Below are positions 48,865-58,805 of a stretch of 64,000 nt of DNA, in pieces. Under the pieces are notes generated by a model, which was given only the letters and a program-made list of their open reading frames with translations, did not search any database and was not told the origin of the DNA. Where the stretch lies: NCBI GenBank assembly GCA_018238545.1, contig JABCTC010000016.1, positions 1 to 64,000 on the forward strand, in the 5' to 3' direction. Each line of letters starts with the position of its first letter. Position 1 is the first letter of the stretch. A program made the translations under genes and the position numbers. Source of the DNA: Candidatus Heimdallarchaeota archaeon (lineage in GTDB: Archaea; Asgardarchaeota; Heimdallarchaeia; Heimdallarchaeales; Heimdallarchaeaceae).

Positions 48865-50664
48865 TTAATTTTTATATTTCTTGAAAGCTATCATGGCGGC
48901 TAATCCTAGAAAGGATAAGAAGACTAAACCAGCGATACTGGTCTCGGTTGGGATTTCAAACTCTATTTCGAATCCAGCGTCTTCAACAAGAGATCGTGCA
49001 ACATCTAAATCGTAGGTGTATGGTTCAAGTGTATCGTCATAACCAACGACTGAATCAGGCACGGAAGTTGTAGCTGGTGCACCAAGACCATTCAAAATCT
49101 CGTCAACAATGATGTCACGAGGAGTTGCATGACTGATTGCTTGTCTAATGAATTTAGCTGCTTCAGCAGTTCCTACTGGAGTTAGTTCTCCGGTTCCAAG
49201 GATTGGATGTTTCATATTAACTGACATTTCTTGGTGTGAAGGATCCTTAACTAAAACACCTTCAATACCTGTAACACCTTCAAAATCAGATAGGTCTGGG
49301 AAGTATTGTGCATCCATAATGTCAATCTCACCTGACATTAACGAAGCAACAGCACTATCTTTACCAGAAATGAAAGTAAGATAGAAGTGTTCCAGAGTTA
49401 ATGGTGTTCCATGCCAATATGGATTAGGTATGCAATGTGCAATGCTTAGAATTGGATCATAGTCTGCTAACATCATAGGACCACAAGACATGACTAGAGC
49501 GTCACCTACATTTGCTCCTGGGTCTAATGGAACTTCGTTGAATATATCATAACCATGTGCACTGATTGCTGCTTCAACTTTTGTTTTTTGAATAAGAGGG
49601 TTGTACATGAGACTTTCAGCTAAATTGAAAACACCAGTTAATTCGAAGAGAAGTTCTCCACCGGCTACATCAGGACCAACAACTGATATTGAATCATTTG
49701 ATGCAAACCAGTATGTGTAAGTTCCATATGAACCAGAACCAACTGCAGGAGTCATATGCAATTCATAGCTGTATTCAACATCTGAAGGTAAGACAGAATC
49801 ACCATTACTAAATTTAGCATTAGGATCTAATGATAGCGAGATGTTAATTTTGTCGTTGATAATCTCGGAAACAGTCCAACTACTACCTATTTCAGGCTCC
49901 CATCCGTGTGTAACTGGGGCGCGTTTAGCAGGAGAACCGTATACACCTTGCATCCATTGTAAATCATAATATGATGAAAGTACATAGTAATTGGGTTCTT
50001 TGAGATCTGCTGGTACAGCGTATTTGATGATATGATCTGCTGGGTCATCCCAGTTTTCTACACGTTGGTTAGAACTTGCTATTAACAAATCATCAATTCC
50101 GGTTAAACCTTCTTTGAAACCAAAGAGAGATCTTGGATAGACAAGGGCTATTCCTGGAACGTCTTCATAGATTATGCTTTGTAGTTGATATCCTAACTCA
50201 GCACGAGCTGTGGGATCAACTTCTACCATAAATTCATCTAAAAGATTATCATATACATGATTGCTATATTGATAGTGATTATCTCCATAAGGGGTAATAG
50301 CAGATGTTTCATACAAGGATTGCAAATTCAGGTCTAAATCCCATGACCAACCTACGAACAGAATATCGTATCCACCTTCTGCATAAGTTGGAATGTAATC
50401 AAAATCTATCAAAGGATAATCCCATGTTCTTGGGGCAATGTTTCCCCATCCTGTAGATTCATGGAAGGATATACCAATACCAATTTTTGGTAGGGTTTGT
50501 TCCATTAACAGTGACCATTGATTACGTGCAGGGCTAGTATTTGGAGAAAGAAGGTTTATTGAAAATGCTGTCCTAATTTCTGTATCAGCCGATGTAGGTA
50601 TTATCAATGGTGACATACAAAATAGCACCAGTAGTGCTACACCAATAAAGGGTTTTTTATTCAT
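48865..50664 (-). CDS. Family 5 (peptide/nickel) ABC substrate-binding protein, circularly permuted, C-terminally anchored
   Basis: AKFSNGDSVLPSDVEYS, SCGPM, NPYW, IRQAISHA, YDLDVARSLVEDAG; signal peptide and C-terminal TM. Confidence 0.88.
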   Translation of the reverse strand: MNKKPFIGVALLVLFCMSPLIIPTSADTEIRTAFSINLLSPNTSPARNQWSLLMEQTLPKIGIGISFHESTGWGNIAPRTWDYPLIDFDYIPTYAEGGYDILFVGWSWDLDLNLQSLYETSAITPYGDNHYQYSNHVYDNLLDEFMVEVDPTARAELGYQLQSIIYEDVPGIALVYPRSLFGFKEGLTGIDDLLIASSNQRVENWDDPADHIIKYAVPADLKEPNYYVLSSYYDLQWMQGVYGSPAKRAPVTHGWEPEIGSSWTVSEIINDKINISLSLDPNAKFSNGDSVLPSDVEYSYELHMTPAVGSGSYGTYTYWFASNDSISVVGPDVAGGELLFELTGVFNLAESLMYNPLIQKTKVEAAISAHGYDIFNEVPLDPGANVGDALVMSCGPMMLADYDPILSIAHCIPNPYWHGTPLTLEHFYLTFISGKDSAVASLMSGEIDIMDAQYFPDLSDFEGVTGIEGVLVKDPSHQEMSVNMKHPILGTGELTPVGTAEAAKFIRQAISHATPRDIIVDEILNGLGAPATTSVPDSVVGYDDTLEPYTYDLDVARSLVEDAGFEIEFEIPTETSIAGLVFLSFLGLAAMIAFKKYKN

Positions 50665-51013
50665 TTTTGTTTTCCACCTTTTAATTTTTCCACCGAAGGC
50701 GTAAACCTTTCAGTAGATTAACCACACGTCACATTAGGCACTTATTAACGTTTTACCGTTATTTTAATAATTAGATTATCAGTGTTTTAATTATTGAAAT
50801 GCATTGATAGCAGGAAAATGAGGAGTTGGGAAGCATAAGGAGCATTTCACAAAAAAAGGAGCTCAGTTTAATCATTAGAAAGAAGCATTCTCACAGATTA
50901 AGACTGTGTTCTCTATTAGAGATAAGAGTGTTGTTTGACACGAGAAAGTTGGAAACGCAGAATTTTTATTAGATTAATATGTTATTAATTATAACAAGCA
51001 TTCTGCAAAGTGG

Positions 51014-51865
51014 ATGACGGGGATAATTATGAAGATTGAGTTTATACTTCAAAGCGAGGGACAAGAATATAGCTTTGAGGTAGAATCAAACGTTGAGGAA
51101 CTTAATCTTGCGTGTTTATCCATAAACAAAATTAATCTAGAATCGTTAGAATATTGTAATAACATCAAGAAAATAGATCTTAGTAATAATAATTTATCTA
51201 GTATTGATTTACTACCTGTAGTCAACTGCAAGAAATTTAAAAGCCTAGACTTGAGCAATAATCGGCTCTTATCTATAAACCTTAGTCCTTTGAAATACTG
51301 TAAAGAATTAGAGGTAATAAATCTCCAAAATAACTTCTTAGAAAGTTTGAATCTCAAACCGCTTTATAAAAATGTTAAAATAAAAATCATAAATATGGAT
51401 AATAATCTTCTTAGAGAAGTAAACTTCAGAAAAGAAACAGAGTGGAAAGCCATAGAAGAAATTCGTCTATTCAGTAATGAAATTGAAAAGATAGATTTTA
51501 AATTTCTTGAAAAAAGCAAGAATCTTCGAGAGCTAGATTTAGGTGACAATAAGCTTAGGAAAGTAAAACTTGATCCGCTTTCCAGAGACAATAAGCTTTC
51601 AGCAATTTCATTAGAAAGAAATCTCCTAAAGAATATAGATTTAAGGGGGATGGGAGAGAAGAAGAAATATGTTTTGTGCACAGACCCGAATGTGGAAATT
51701 CAAAGCATGTCAGAAATTAAATCAAAAAACAAACCTACCATAGTATACTCTAAGGGGAGTTTCTATTCAGAAGAACAAGAAAAGAGGCTGGATGAGTTTT
51801 TCAAAGAAGAGAAAAGAGAGAGAAAAGAAAGTAGAAAAGCACTTCTTAAGAGGAATTCCATCTAG
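51014..51865 (+). CDS. Leucine-rich repeat protein
   Basis: About 8 LxxLxLxxNxL repeats with a 22-aa period. Confidence 0.92.
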   Translation: MTGIIMKIEFILQSEGQEYSFEVESNVEELNLACLSINKINLESLEYCNNIKKIDLSNNNLSSIDLLPVVNCKKFKSLDLSNNRLLSINLSPLKYCKELEVINLQNNFLESLNLKPLYKNVKIKIINMDNNLLREVNFRKETEWKAIEEIRLFSNEIEKIDFKFLEKSKNLRELDLGDNKLRKVKLDPLSRDNKLSAISLERNLLKNIDLRGMGEKKKYVLCTDPNVEIQSMSEIKSKNKPTIVYSKGSFYSEEQEKRLDEFFKEEKRERKESRKALLKRNSI

Positions 51866-52125
51866 AACAAACTAGAGTCGTATTAACATTGAATCTAGCA
51901 AATATTTTCGATTATTTCTCTCAGAATTTAATTTAAATTTTTTTTTCTAGATAGTTGTGTAAAAAAAAGGCGAGTAGACCAAGAGTCTTATGATGGGCTT
52001 ATAAAAGCTACGTTAGTAATAGTAGTGTACGTGGCTAATACTATCAAAACACTTAATAAAAAAAACATGTGTAGTGAATCCATAAGACCACAATTAATAT
52101 TAACTAAATAAAAAGGTGACAAAAT

Positions 52126-53262
52126 TTGGAAGAGATGATACAAAACAAACCGCTTGTTATCGATAATGGTACGGGCTTTACCAAAAACGGTTTTGCTGGA
52201 GAAGATCAACCTAGAAGCGTTTTTCCAACGATCATTGGTTATCCTAAATATCAGATAATCATGACCGATGTAGAACATTACGTTCGCGAATATTACATAG
52301 GCGAAGAAGCTATCAACCTACGAGGTGTTTTGAAGCTTGTTTATCCTGTTGAGCATGGACAAGTTCAAGATTGGGATGCTATGGAACGCATTTGGCATTA
52401 TACTTTCTATAATGACTTACGTGTTAATCCTAATGAACATCCTATTCTGTTAACTGAACCTCCTTTGAATAAAAATCAAAACAAAGAGAAAATGGCAGAA
52501 TTAATGTTTGATACATTCAATGTACCTGCAATGTATATCTCAATGCAGGCTATTCTATCCCTATACGCATCAGGTCGTACAACTGGTATAGTTGTAGACT
52601 CTGGTGATGGTGTTACACACATTGTTCCTGTCTATGAAGGTTTCGCAATTGCTCACGCCATTCATCGTTCTGATATCGGTGGTCGTGATGTAACTGACTA
52701 TTTGAGAAGATTACTCCGACAACGTGGATATTCACTTTCTAGCAGTGCTGAGAGAGAAATTGTCCGTGACATTAAAGAACGTCTTTGCTATGTAGCTTTA
52801 GATCCTGAAAAAGAATTGAAGCTAGCTGAGAAAGTTTCTGGAATGGAAAAGACATACACTCTACCTGATGGTGAAACATTAACCATTGGTGCTGAGAGAT
52901 TCATGGCCCCTGAATTGTTCTTCAATCCTGGAGCTATTGGTTCTGAAGAGAATGCATTAGATGAATTAATTTACAGATCCATTCAAAACTGTGATGTCGA
53001 TCTTCGAAGAGATCTATACGCCAATATCGTATTATCAGGCGGATCTACAATGTTCCCAGGTCTAAAAGAACGTCTCCACAAGGAGCTTACTGAATTAGTA
53101 CCTGAAACAATGGAAGTAAAAATCATTGCCCCCCCTGAAAGAAGATATTCTGTTTGGATTGGTGGAAGTATCTTAAGTTCCCTTAAGACATTCGCAAAAC
53201 TGTGGGTTACCAAGAAAGAATACAAAGAAATTGGTGTTACCGCAGTTTACCGCTGTATCTAA
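52126..53262 (+). CDS. Actin (Asgard lokiactin-type)
   Basis: [71 protein letters not shown]. Confidence 0.97.
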   Translation: MEEMIQNKPLVIDNGTGFTKNGFAGEDQPRSVFPTIIGYPKYQIIMTDVEHYVREYYIGEEAINLRGVLKLVYPVEHGQVQDWDAMERIWHYTFYNDLRVNPNEHPILLTEPPLNKNQNKEKMAELMFDTFNVPAMYISMQAILSLYASGRTTGIVVDSGDGVTHIVPVYEGFAIAHAIHRSDIGGRDVTDYLRRLLRQRGYSLSSSAEREIVRDIKERLCYVALDPEKELKLAEKVSGMEKTYTLPDGETLTIGAERFMAPELFFNPGAIGSEENALDELIYRSIQNCDVDLRRDLYANIVLSGGSTMFPGLKERLHKELTELVPETMEVKIIAPPERRYSVWIGGSILSSLKTFAKLWVTKKEYKEIGVTAVYRCI

Positions 53263-53406
53263 GACATAATCCCTCTTTTTCCTTCTTTTTCTTTATTATC
53301 TTTAACTTCATGCTGAAAATAGATTCAATCCTTTCCCTTTTATCAAAACATTTATTTTTCATCTTCAAAAGCATTGTTTAGAGATTATTAGATTAGAGGA
53401 TTTAAA

Positions 53407-53748
53407 ATGGCACAACCACAATTGACACCAGAACAACAAGAAAGCCTTCAACGTTACCAACAACTAGCTCAGCAATTAGAGATAATTGGAAGACAAATCC
53501 AGCAATTAGAAATGGAAAAAAGGGATTTAGAGATAGCTAAAAAGGAAACTAAAGAGTTGGATAATTCTGCAGTTATTTATCGTTCAGCAGGTAGGTTATT
53601 ATTTAAAACAAGCCTTGAAGACGTGACTAAATATGTAGCAGAAGAATATGAGAAGGTTGAAGTAAGAATTGCTTCATTGACAAAACGACAGAATAAAATG
53701 GTCGCATCTTTTAAAGAGTTACAAACAGAACTTTCTGGGAGTCAATAA
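53407..53748 (+). CDS. pfdB: Prefoldin subunit beta
   Basis: Coiled coil-IYRSAGRLLF hairpin-coiled coil. Confidence 0.9.
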   Translation: MAQPQLTPEQQESLQRYQQLAQQLEIIGRQIQQLEMEKRDLEIAKKETKELDNSAVIYRSAGRLLFKTSLEDVTKYVAEEYEKVEVRIASLTKRQNKMVASFKELQTELSGSQ

Positions 53749-53787
53749 TCCCAGCACAGAGTTTTAAACAAAAAGGGTTGAAAGTTT

Positions 53788-54093
53788 ATGGATTTAGATA
53801 TAACTGATATTGGACTTAAATCTTTGTCCAATGATGAGCTTGAAGAGATAGTAACAATAGTTGACAACAAGTTAGAATTATTTCTTCAAAATCATAAATA
53901 TTGGAAACTCTTAACTGATTTTGGGGTTATTGTAAGTTTATCCCAGGATTCCGACAATGTTCTCACTCTAATCCTAGACTTCGACATATCTGGTGGTTTA
54001 TCTTCTTTACATTTAGATGAACTTCAACAAGAGGTTTATGAATACTCACAAGAGGCGTTAAAGGAGGAATTGCTCTGTCGGAAAAATTCTTAG
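53788..54093 (+). CDS. Small hypothetical protein (DUF3194-like)
   Basis: IGLKSLSNDELEEI; position between pfdB and the DHH gene matches a common archaeal arrangement. Confidence 0.6.
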   Translation: MDLDITDIGLKSLSNDELEEIVTIVDNKLELFLQNHKYWKLLTDFGVIVSLSQDSDNVLTLILDFDISGGLSSLHLDELQQEVYEYSQEALKEELLCRKNS

Positions 54094-55085
54094 ATATCAT
54101 AAAGATCTATCAAAAAGAAAATTTTTCTCATGTAGGAATCTTTGCTCACCAAAATGCAGATCCTGATGCAATTGCAAGTGTAGTCGGACTAAAATACATA
54201 TTAAAGCAATATTTTCCGAAATCGAAATTTACCATGTTCGCACATTCAATTAGTACAATATCAAAAAAACTACTTTCAATCGGAAATGAATTGTTTCAAA
54301 GTGATACTGTGCCTAACGACCTTGATATCATTTTCATCTGCGATGCCAATAATATTCAACAGCTTGGTAATATCTCATTAAATGATTTCACTTCTCAAAA
54401 GAAGCCAATCATTGTAATAGATCATCATGTAAAGATAGAACAATCAGATGAGATTACTCATTCAATAGTCAATGCTGAGACATCAACCGCTGAAATGATA
54501 GGAAAAATATATGAAAAATTAGAAATAGCATTAGAACCTAAAATTGCTACATTTTTGCTTACAGGTATTCTTTTTGATACTCGAAGATTCATCTATAGAA
54601 CAGCATCAACTTTTGATACTGTTCAATTTTTAATACAAAGTGGAGGCAATTACGAGAAAGCACTCTCTATTTTACAAATAGAGCCAAGTGATTCAGAGAA
54701 AATTGCTAGATTAAAAGGAGCAACAAGAACAATAATTCATAAAGAAGGAACTTACATTTATGCTTTTACTCATATTAGTTCTTATGAATCATCGTTAGCA
54801 CGAGCATTAATTGGATTAGGAGCTAGCTTTGCGGTCGTATTAGCTGTTCCTTCTGATACTCAGTTCCGCGTCAGTATGAGGTGTACCAAAACTTTTGCAG
54901 AAGGAAATAAAATCTCTCTTGGAAATCTAGCAAATGTGATTTCTGCTCAATTTGAGGGATCGGGTGGAGGTCATCAAACTGCAGCGGGGATGAATTTTAA
55001 TAGACCGAAGGAGTTTCCTAAGGATAAAAACAAAATTGTACAAATGCTTCTAAAAATGATGCTTAAAGAAATAAATCGGAAATAA
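54075..55085 (+). CDS. DHH/DHHA1 phosphoesterase with putative CTG start
   Basis: Motif I HQNADPDA lies in frame upstream of track start 54234; IDHH, GILFDT, GGGHQTAAG; GGAGG 7 nt before CTG 54075. Confidence 0.88.
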   Translation: MSEKFLDIIKIYQKENFSHVGIFAHQNADPDAIASVVGLKYILKQYFPKSKFTMFAHSISTISKKLLSIGNELFQSDTVPNDLDIIFICDANNIQQLGNISLNDFTSQKKPIIVIDHHVKIEQSDEITHSIVNAETSTAEMIGKIYEKLEIALEPKIATFLLTGILFDTRRFIYRTASTFDTVQFLIQSGGNYEKALSILQIEPSDSEKIARLKGATRTIIHKEGTYIYAFTHISSYESSLARALIGLGASFAVVLAVPSDTQFRVSMRCTKTFAEGNKISLGNLANVISAQFEGSGGGHQTAAGMNFNRPKEFPKDKNKIVQMLLKMMLKEINRK

Positions 55086-55105
55086 ATCATCTCTGGTGAT
55101 CTAGA

Positions 55106-57337
55106 TTGAAAGAACCAATAATCTCTTTCGAGAATTTTTCTTGTCAATACCATTTTCGTAACGAATGGGCACTTTCAGATATCAATCTAACGATTTCACA
55201 GGGGGAGTTCATAATAATCACAGGTTCAAGCGGCTCAGGAAAGAGTTCGCTATGTTACTCATTAGTTGGTCTCATACCCTTTTTCTATGCTGGAAAAACA
55301 AAGGGAGACGTATTTGTTGGAAAACAGAAGGTGCAAGATTCTTCTATTCTATACCTATCTAAAAGAATTGGATATATTCCACAACGCGTTGAAAATACAC
55401 TGGTTACACCTTTTGTTCTGACTGAATTAGCTTTTCCATTGGAATATAGAGATATAAAAGAGGAGGTTGTTAATGAAAAGGTTCAATCAATTGCATTGAA
55501 ATTACACATAAATAATTTACTGGAGAGTAATCCGCAGAAATTATCAGAGGGGCAAAAACAAAAAGTCGCGATTGCTTGTGGTTTGACTTCTAGTCCCAAA
55601 ATAATTATAGCTGATGAGCCTTTAGCAAATCTTGATACCAACAACAAGAAAATGATCTGCTCACTTTTAGCTGAATTGAATAGAGAAGGAAAAACCATAA
55701 TTGTATCGACCCATGATATTTCAAATTATCTGGATGTTGCAACAAGGGTTATTGAGATTAAGGAGGGGAAGATTGTAAGAGAAACTACAATAAAAAAAGA
55801 GAGAACGAATCTAAAAGAAATTGCAAGTATTCAGGAGAACGAGGAACTAAAAGAAATATCAATAAAAAGACAGTCTCTTACGCAAAAAAGCATTTTATCG
55901 GTAAAAAACCTTGAATTCGAGTTTCCAGAAGGTTTCAGAATAAATAACATTTCTTTTTCATTCAACGAAGGGGAAGTTGTAGGGATTATAGGAGACAATG
56001 GATCAGGAAAGACAACAGTAGCAAAACTTCTTTGTGGTATATTAAAACCTACAAATGGTTCTATTAAGATTAAGGGGGTGGAATTCGAAGATTTGTCTTG
56101 GGAAGAAAGAGCTAAGTGTGTATCAATGGTTTTTCAGAACCCCGAAATTCAATTCTTTGAAGATAAGGTTAATCAAGAGATCGAATTAGTTAAGGAAAGT
56201 TTAGGAATCGAATCTAAGGGCTCAGACATTGAAATCTTACTTGAAAATAGTGGCTTAGAGAAGTACAAAGACCAGAATCCACATTCGCTCTCCCATGGTG
56301 AAAAGAGAAGGTTAGCTTTTATTGCTGCAATATACCACGACCCAGACATCATTATTTTAGATGAAATCACAAATGGATTAGATATATCGAATAAAGAGTG
56401 GTTAGTTAACAAAATATGTGATTTAAGAAATGATAACAAAACCGTGGTTATTATTTCACATGACTCATCTTGGTTGAAAGATTTTTGTAATAGATTATTC
56501 CTTTTGGAAGATGGATTTATAAGAGAAATAGAAAATCTTGAGAGTTTAGGATCGAGTACCAGTGAATATAAAGAAATTCCGAATCAAATTAGGAAAAAAA
56601 GTGAGGAAAAAGTATTATCTGAAATTGGCAGTAGATGGCACTTAGATCCTAGAACAAGAGTGGTGGTTGTACTAACATTGCTTATTTCAGCACTTTATGC
56701 AAGTAATGTTTATGTTTTAATTACATTGCTTCTCTTCTCAATTTCAATTTATATCACTGGTGAAATAAAACTGAGATTTCTAACTCAAGCTGTGTTTTTC
56801 CTTACAGTTTTTTCTATAATAGCTACTATAATCGCATTCTATAGTGGTATTATAATTGACCCTCTTACAACATTTGTCCAAATAGAGGTAAGATTTGTAG
56901 TATCTCTGTTAGTAATAACTTGGTTCTTTAATTCCGTTAGTCCTTATGAACTAGCAGTAGCTTTAGAAAAGATGTATCTTCCTGCAAAACTTGTGTGGCT
57001 AATTATCTCTATTTACCAATTTGTCCCTGTATTAAGTAAAGAAGCAACAGACATCAATTCCATCAGAAAATTGAAAGGATTAATAGGAAAAAGATTGAGT
57101 TTGAGGAGACAATATTACATCATGAAGAAAACTCTTCGTCCTTTAATGGCAGGATCAATAAACAGAGGCATAGATTTAGCAGAATCCATGGTTCTAAAAG
57201 GATTCGAACCTAAAAGAAGAAAAAATCACATTTTGGATGTTCATATAAAGATAATTGATATTGTAATAATAATAATGGTTCTTACAATATTGGGTTTAGC
57301 TATCTATTTTACTGTTTATTATTCTGCACTTGTGTAA
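55106..57337 (+). CDS. ECF transporter fusion: two ATPase domains plus EcfT membrane domain
   Basis: GSSGSGKS and GDNGSGKT Walker A motifs, LSEGQ and LSHGE signatures; LDPRTR and LAESMVLKGF EcfT motifs. Confidence 0.88.
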   Translation: MKEPIISFENFSCQYHFRNEWALSDINLTISQGEFIIITGSSGSGKSSLCYSLVGLIPFFYAGKTKGDVFVGKQKVQDSSILYLSKRIGYIPQRVENTLVTPFVLTELAFPLEYRDIKEEVVNEKVQSIALKLHINNLLESNPQKLSEGQKQKVAIACGLTSSPKIIIADEPLANLDTNNKKMICSLLAELNREGKTIIVSTHDISNYLDVATRVIEIKEGKIVRETTIKKERTNLKEIASIQENEELKEISIKRQSLTQKSILSVKNLEFEFPEGFRINNISFSFNEGEVVGIIGDNGSGKTTVAKLLCGILKPTNGSIKIKGVEFEDLSWEERAKCVSMVFQNPEIQFFEDKVNQEIELVKESLGIESKGSDIEILLENSGLEKYKDQNPHSLSHGEKRRLAFIAAIYHDPDIIILDEITNGLDISNKEWLVNKICDLRNDNKTVVIISHDSSWLKDFCNRLFLLEDGFIREIENLESLGSSTSEYKEIPNQIRKKSEEKVLSEIGSRWHLDPRTRVVVVLTLLISALYASNVYVLITLLLFSISIYITGEIKLRFLTQAVFFLTVFSIIATIIAFYSGIIIDPLTTFVQIEVRFVVSLLVITWFFNSVSPYELAVALEKMYLPAKLVWLIISIYQFVPVLSKEATDINSIRKLKGLIGKRLSLRRQYYIMKKTLRPLMAGSINRGIDLAESMVLKGFEPKRRKNHILDVHIKIIDIVIIIMVLTILGLAIYFTVYYSALV

Positions 57338-57947
57338 TTAATTTGAGAACATCCTTTTGGATTTCAGAAATTTCTTTAGTTGCATCAAGTTTTATTATTA
57401 ATTTGGGGAACCTTTCTGCAAGCAATAAATAAATAGACTTAACTTTTTTCAGACTTTCTTCTTTCTCAAAAGTGTTTACGCCTTCCGTTCTTTCAGATGA
57501 AATCCTTTCTAGAGCTACATCAACAGGCAAATCCAAAAATATCACTAAGTGAGGTGCAATTGCAATTTTTTCATTCTCCTCTAAGATATATTGCCAATCA
57601 AGTCCTCTTGCACCTTGATAAGCAACTGAAGAGAAGTAGTATCTGTCAGTAACAACAATTTTTCCAGCTTTGAGTAAAGGAATCACCTCACTCTTCACAT
57701 GATATATTCTATCTTCCAGAAAGAGTCTAAATTCATCTTTAACAGGTAATCTAGTAGGAGCAAAAAAGCTATCACGAAGTTTTTTTCCTGGTTCAGACCA
57801 CCTTGTTGGTTCAGTTGTATAAACTGCATCATATCCTAAAGTGCGAAGTCGTTCAACTATTAATTTTGAATGGGTGGTTTTCCCTGAACCATCAATCCCT
57901 TCAAAACAGATAAACAATCCTGGACTGGAAGCATCAGACATTATCAC
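57309..57947 (-). CDS. tmk: Thymidylate kinase
   Basis: FEGIDGSGKTT, TEP, DRYYFSSVAYQG. Confidence 0.95.
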   Translation of the reverse strand: MIMSDASSPGLFICFEGIDGSGKTTHSKLIVERLRTLGYDAVYTTEPTRWSEPGKKLRDSFFAPTRLPVKDEFRLFLEDRIYHVKSEVIPLLKAGKIVVTDRYYFSSVAYQGARGLDWQYILEENEKIAIAPHLVIFLDLPVDVALERISSERTEGVNTFEKEESLKKVKSIYLLLAERFPKLIIKLDATKEISEIQKDVLKLITQVQNNKQ

Positions 57948-58006
57948 TCATTGAAAATGAATGAAATAAAACAGTTTTGGTGACCAACTTATAGAAGTAA
58001 AGAAAA

Positions 58007-58666
58007 TCATATTTTGACAAGTTTTTTCTTACATTCTGGGCATCTGTTATCTACAGGAGTTACATCTTTAAAACAATTCCAACAGATAATTGTTGTTTCA
58101 GAAACTCCTTTATTCAAAGATTGAAGAATGGCTTTAAGCTGTTCTGTCAAGATTTCTGCTTTTTCAATTTCATTTTTCTTTTGATACGAACGTACTATAC
58201 CACTAGTAAAATAAAAAACTAAGAATATTCCAAGAATTCCAAGGGAAACATAACCAACAGTAGACAGAGGGTTCCCAGTATCAGGTAGAAAACTTAGAAG
58301 GGAGGAACCTACGAAACCAATGATAAAAAACAGCCACCAGAAACGGAAAATTGAACCAAAAAATGATCTTTGTCGGTTACCTTGGTTTGTCCTCTTCAGT
58401 CTATTGGAAATGAGTTTATCAATTGAAAAGAAATCAATACGAGTTAGTTCGATATTGACTAAATTACCAGTTCGATCAAGCTTAATATGAAAATCAAGTA
58501 ACCATTGATAGGAATTCTGAACTACACGCAAGGTTTGATATTGTAAGTAGTCTTCTTTTGGTTTTTTAACTTTATAATCTAACTCCTTAAGTTTAGATTC
58601 TACTTCCTGCATGATAGTTTGAATGTCTTGTTCACTACAATGAACTTCTATTCTTCCTAGTACCAT
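58007..58666 (-). CDS. 2-TM protein with C-terminal zinc ribbon
   Basis: Two TMs; CWNC...CPEC. Confidence 0.75.
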   Translation of the reverse strand: MVLGRIEVHCSEQDIQTIMQEVESKLKELDYKVKKPKEDYLQYQTLRVVQNSYQWLLDFHIKLDRTGNLVNIELTRIDFFSIDKLISNRLKRTNQGNRQRSFFGSIFRFWWLFFIIGFVGSSLLSFLPDTGNPLSTVGYVSLGILGIFLVFYFTSGIVRSYQKKNEIEKAEILTEQLKAILQSLNKGVSETTIICWNCFKDVTPVDNRCPECKKKLVKI

Positions 58667-58805
58667 ATAGCAAGTATCAGAATGGCTATCTATTTGAATT
58701 TTTGCTCTATAGAATTACAAGTAGAGGCGAAAATTCAGAGAAATGTTTAAATTCAAAGTTTTTTCGTTAAGATTACCTAAGGCTAGATTTCGTTAGGATA
58801 AAATA

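Noticed and set aside
51100-51650. 66-nt periodicity resembling a CRISPR or repeat array
   Set aside because: Explained by 22-aa LRR coding repeats; no identical direct repeats with spacers.
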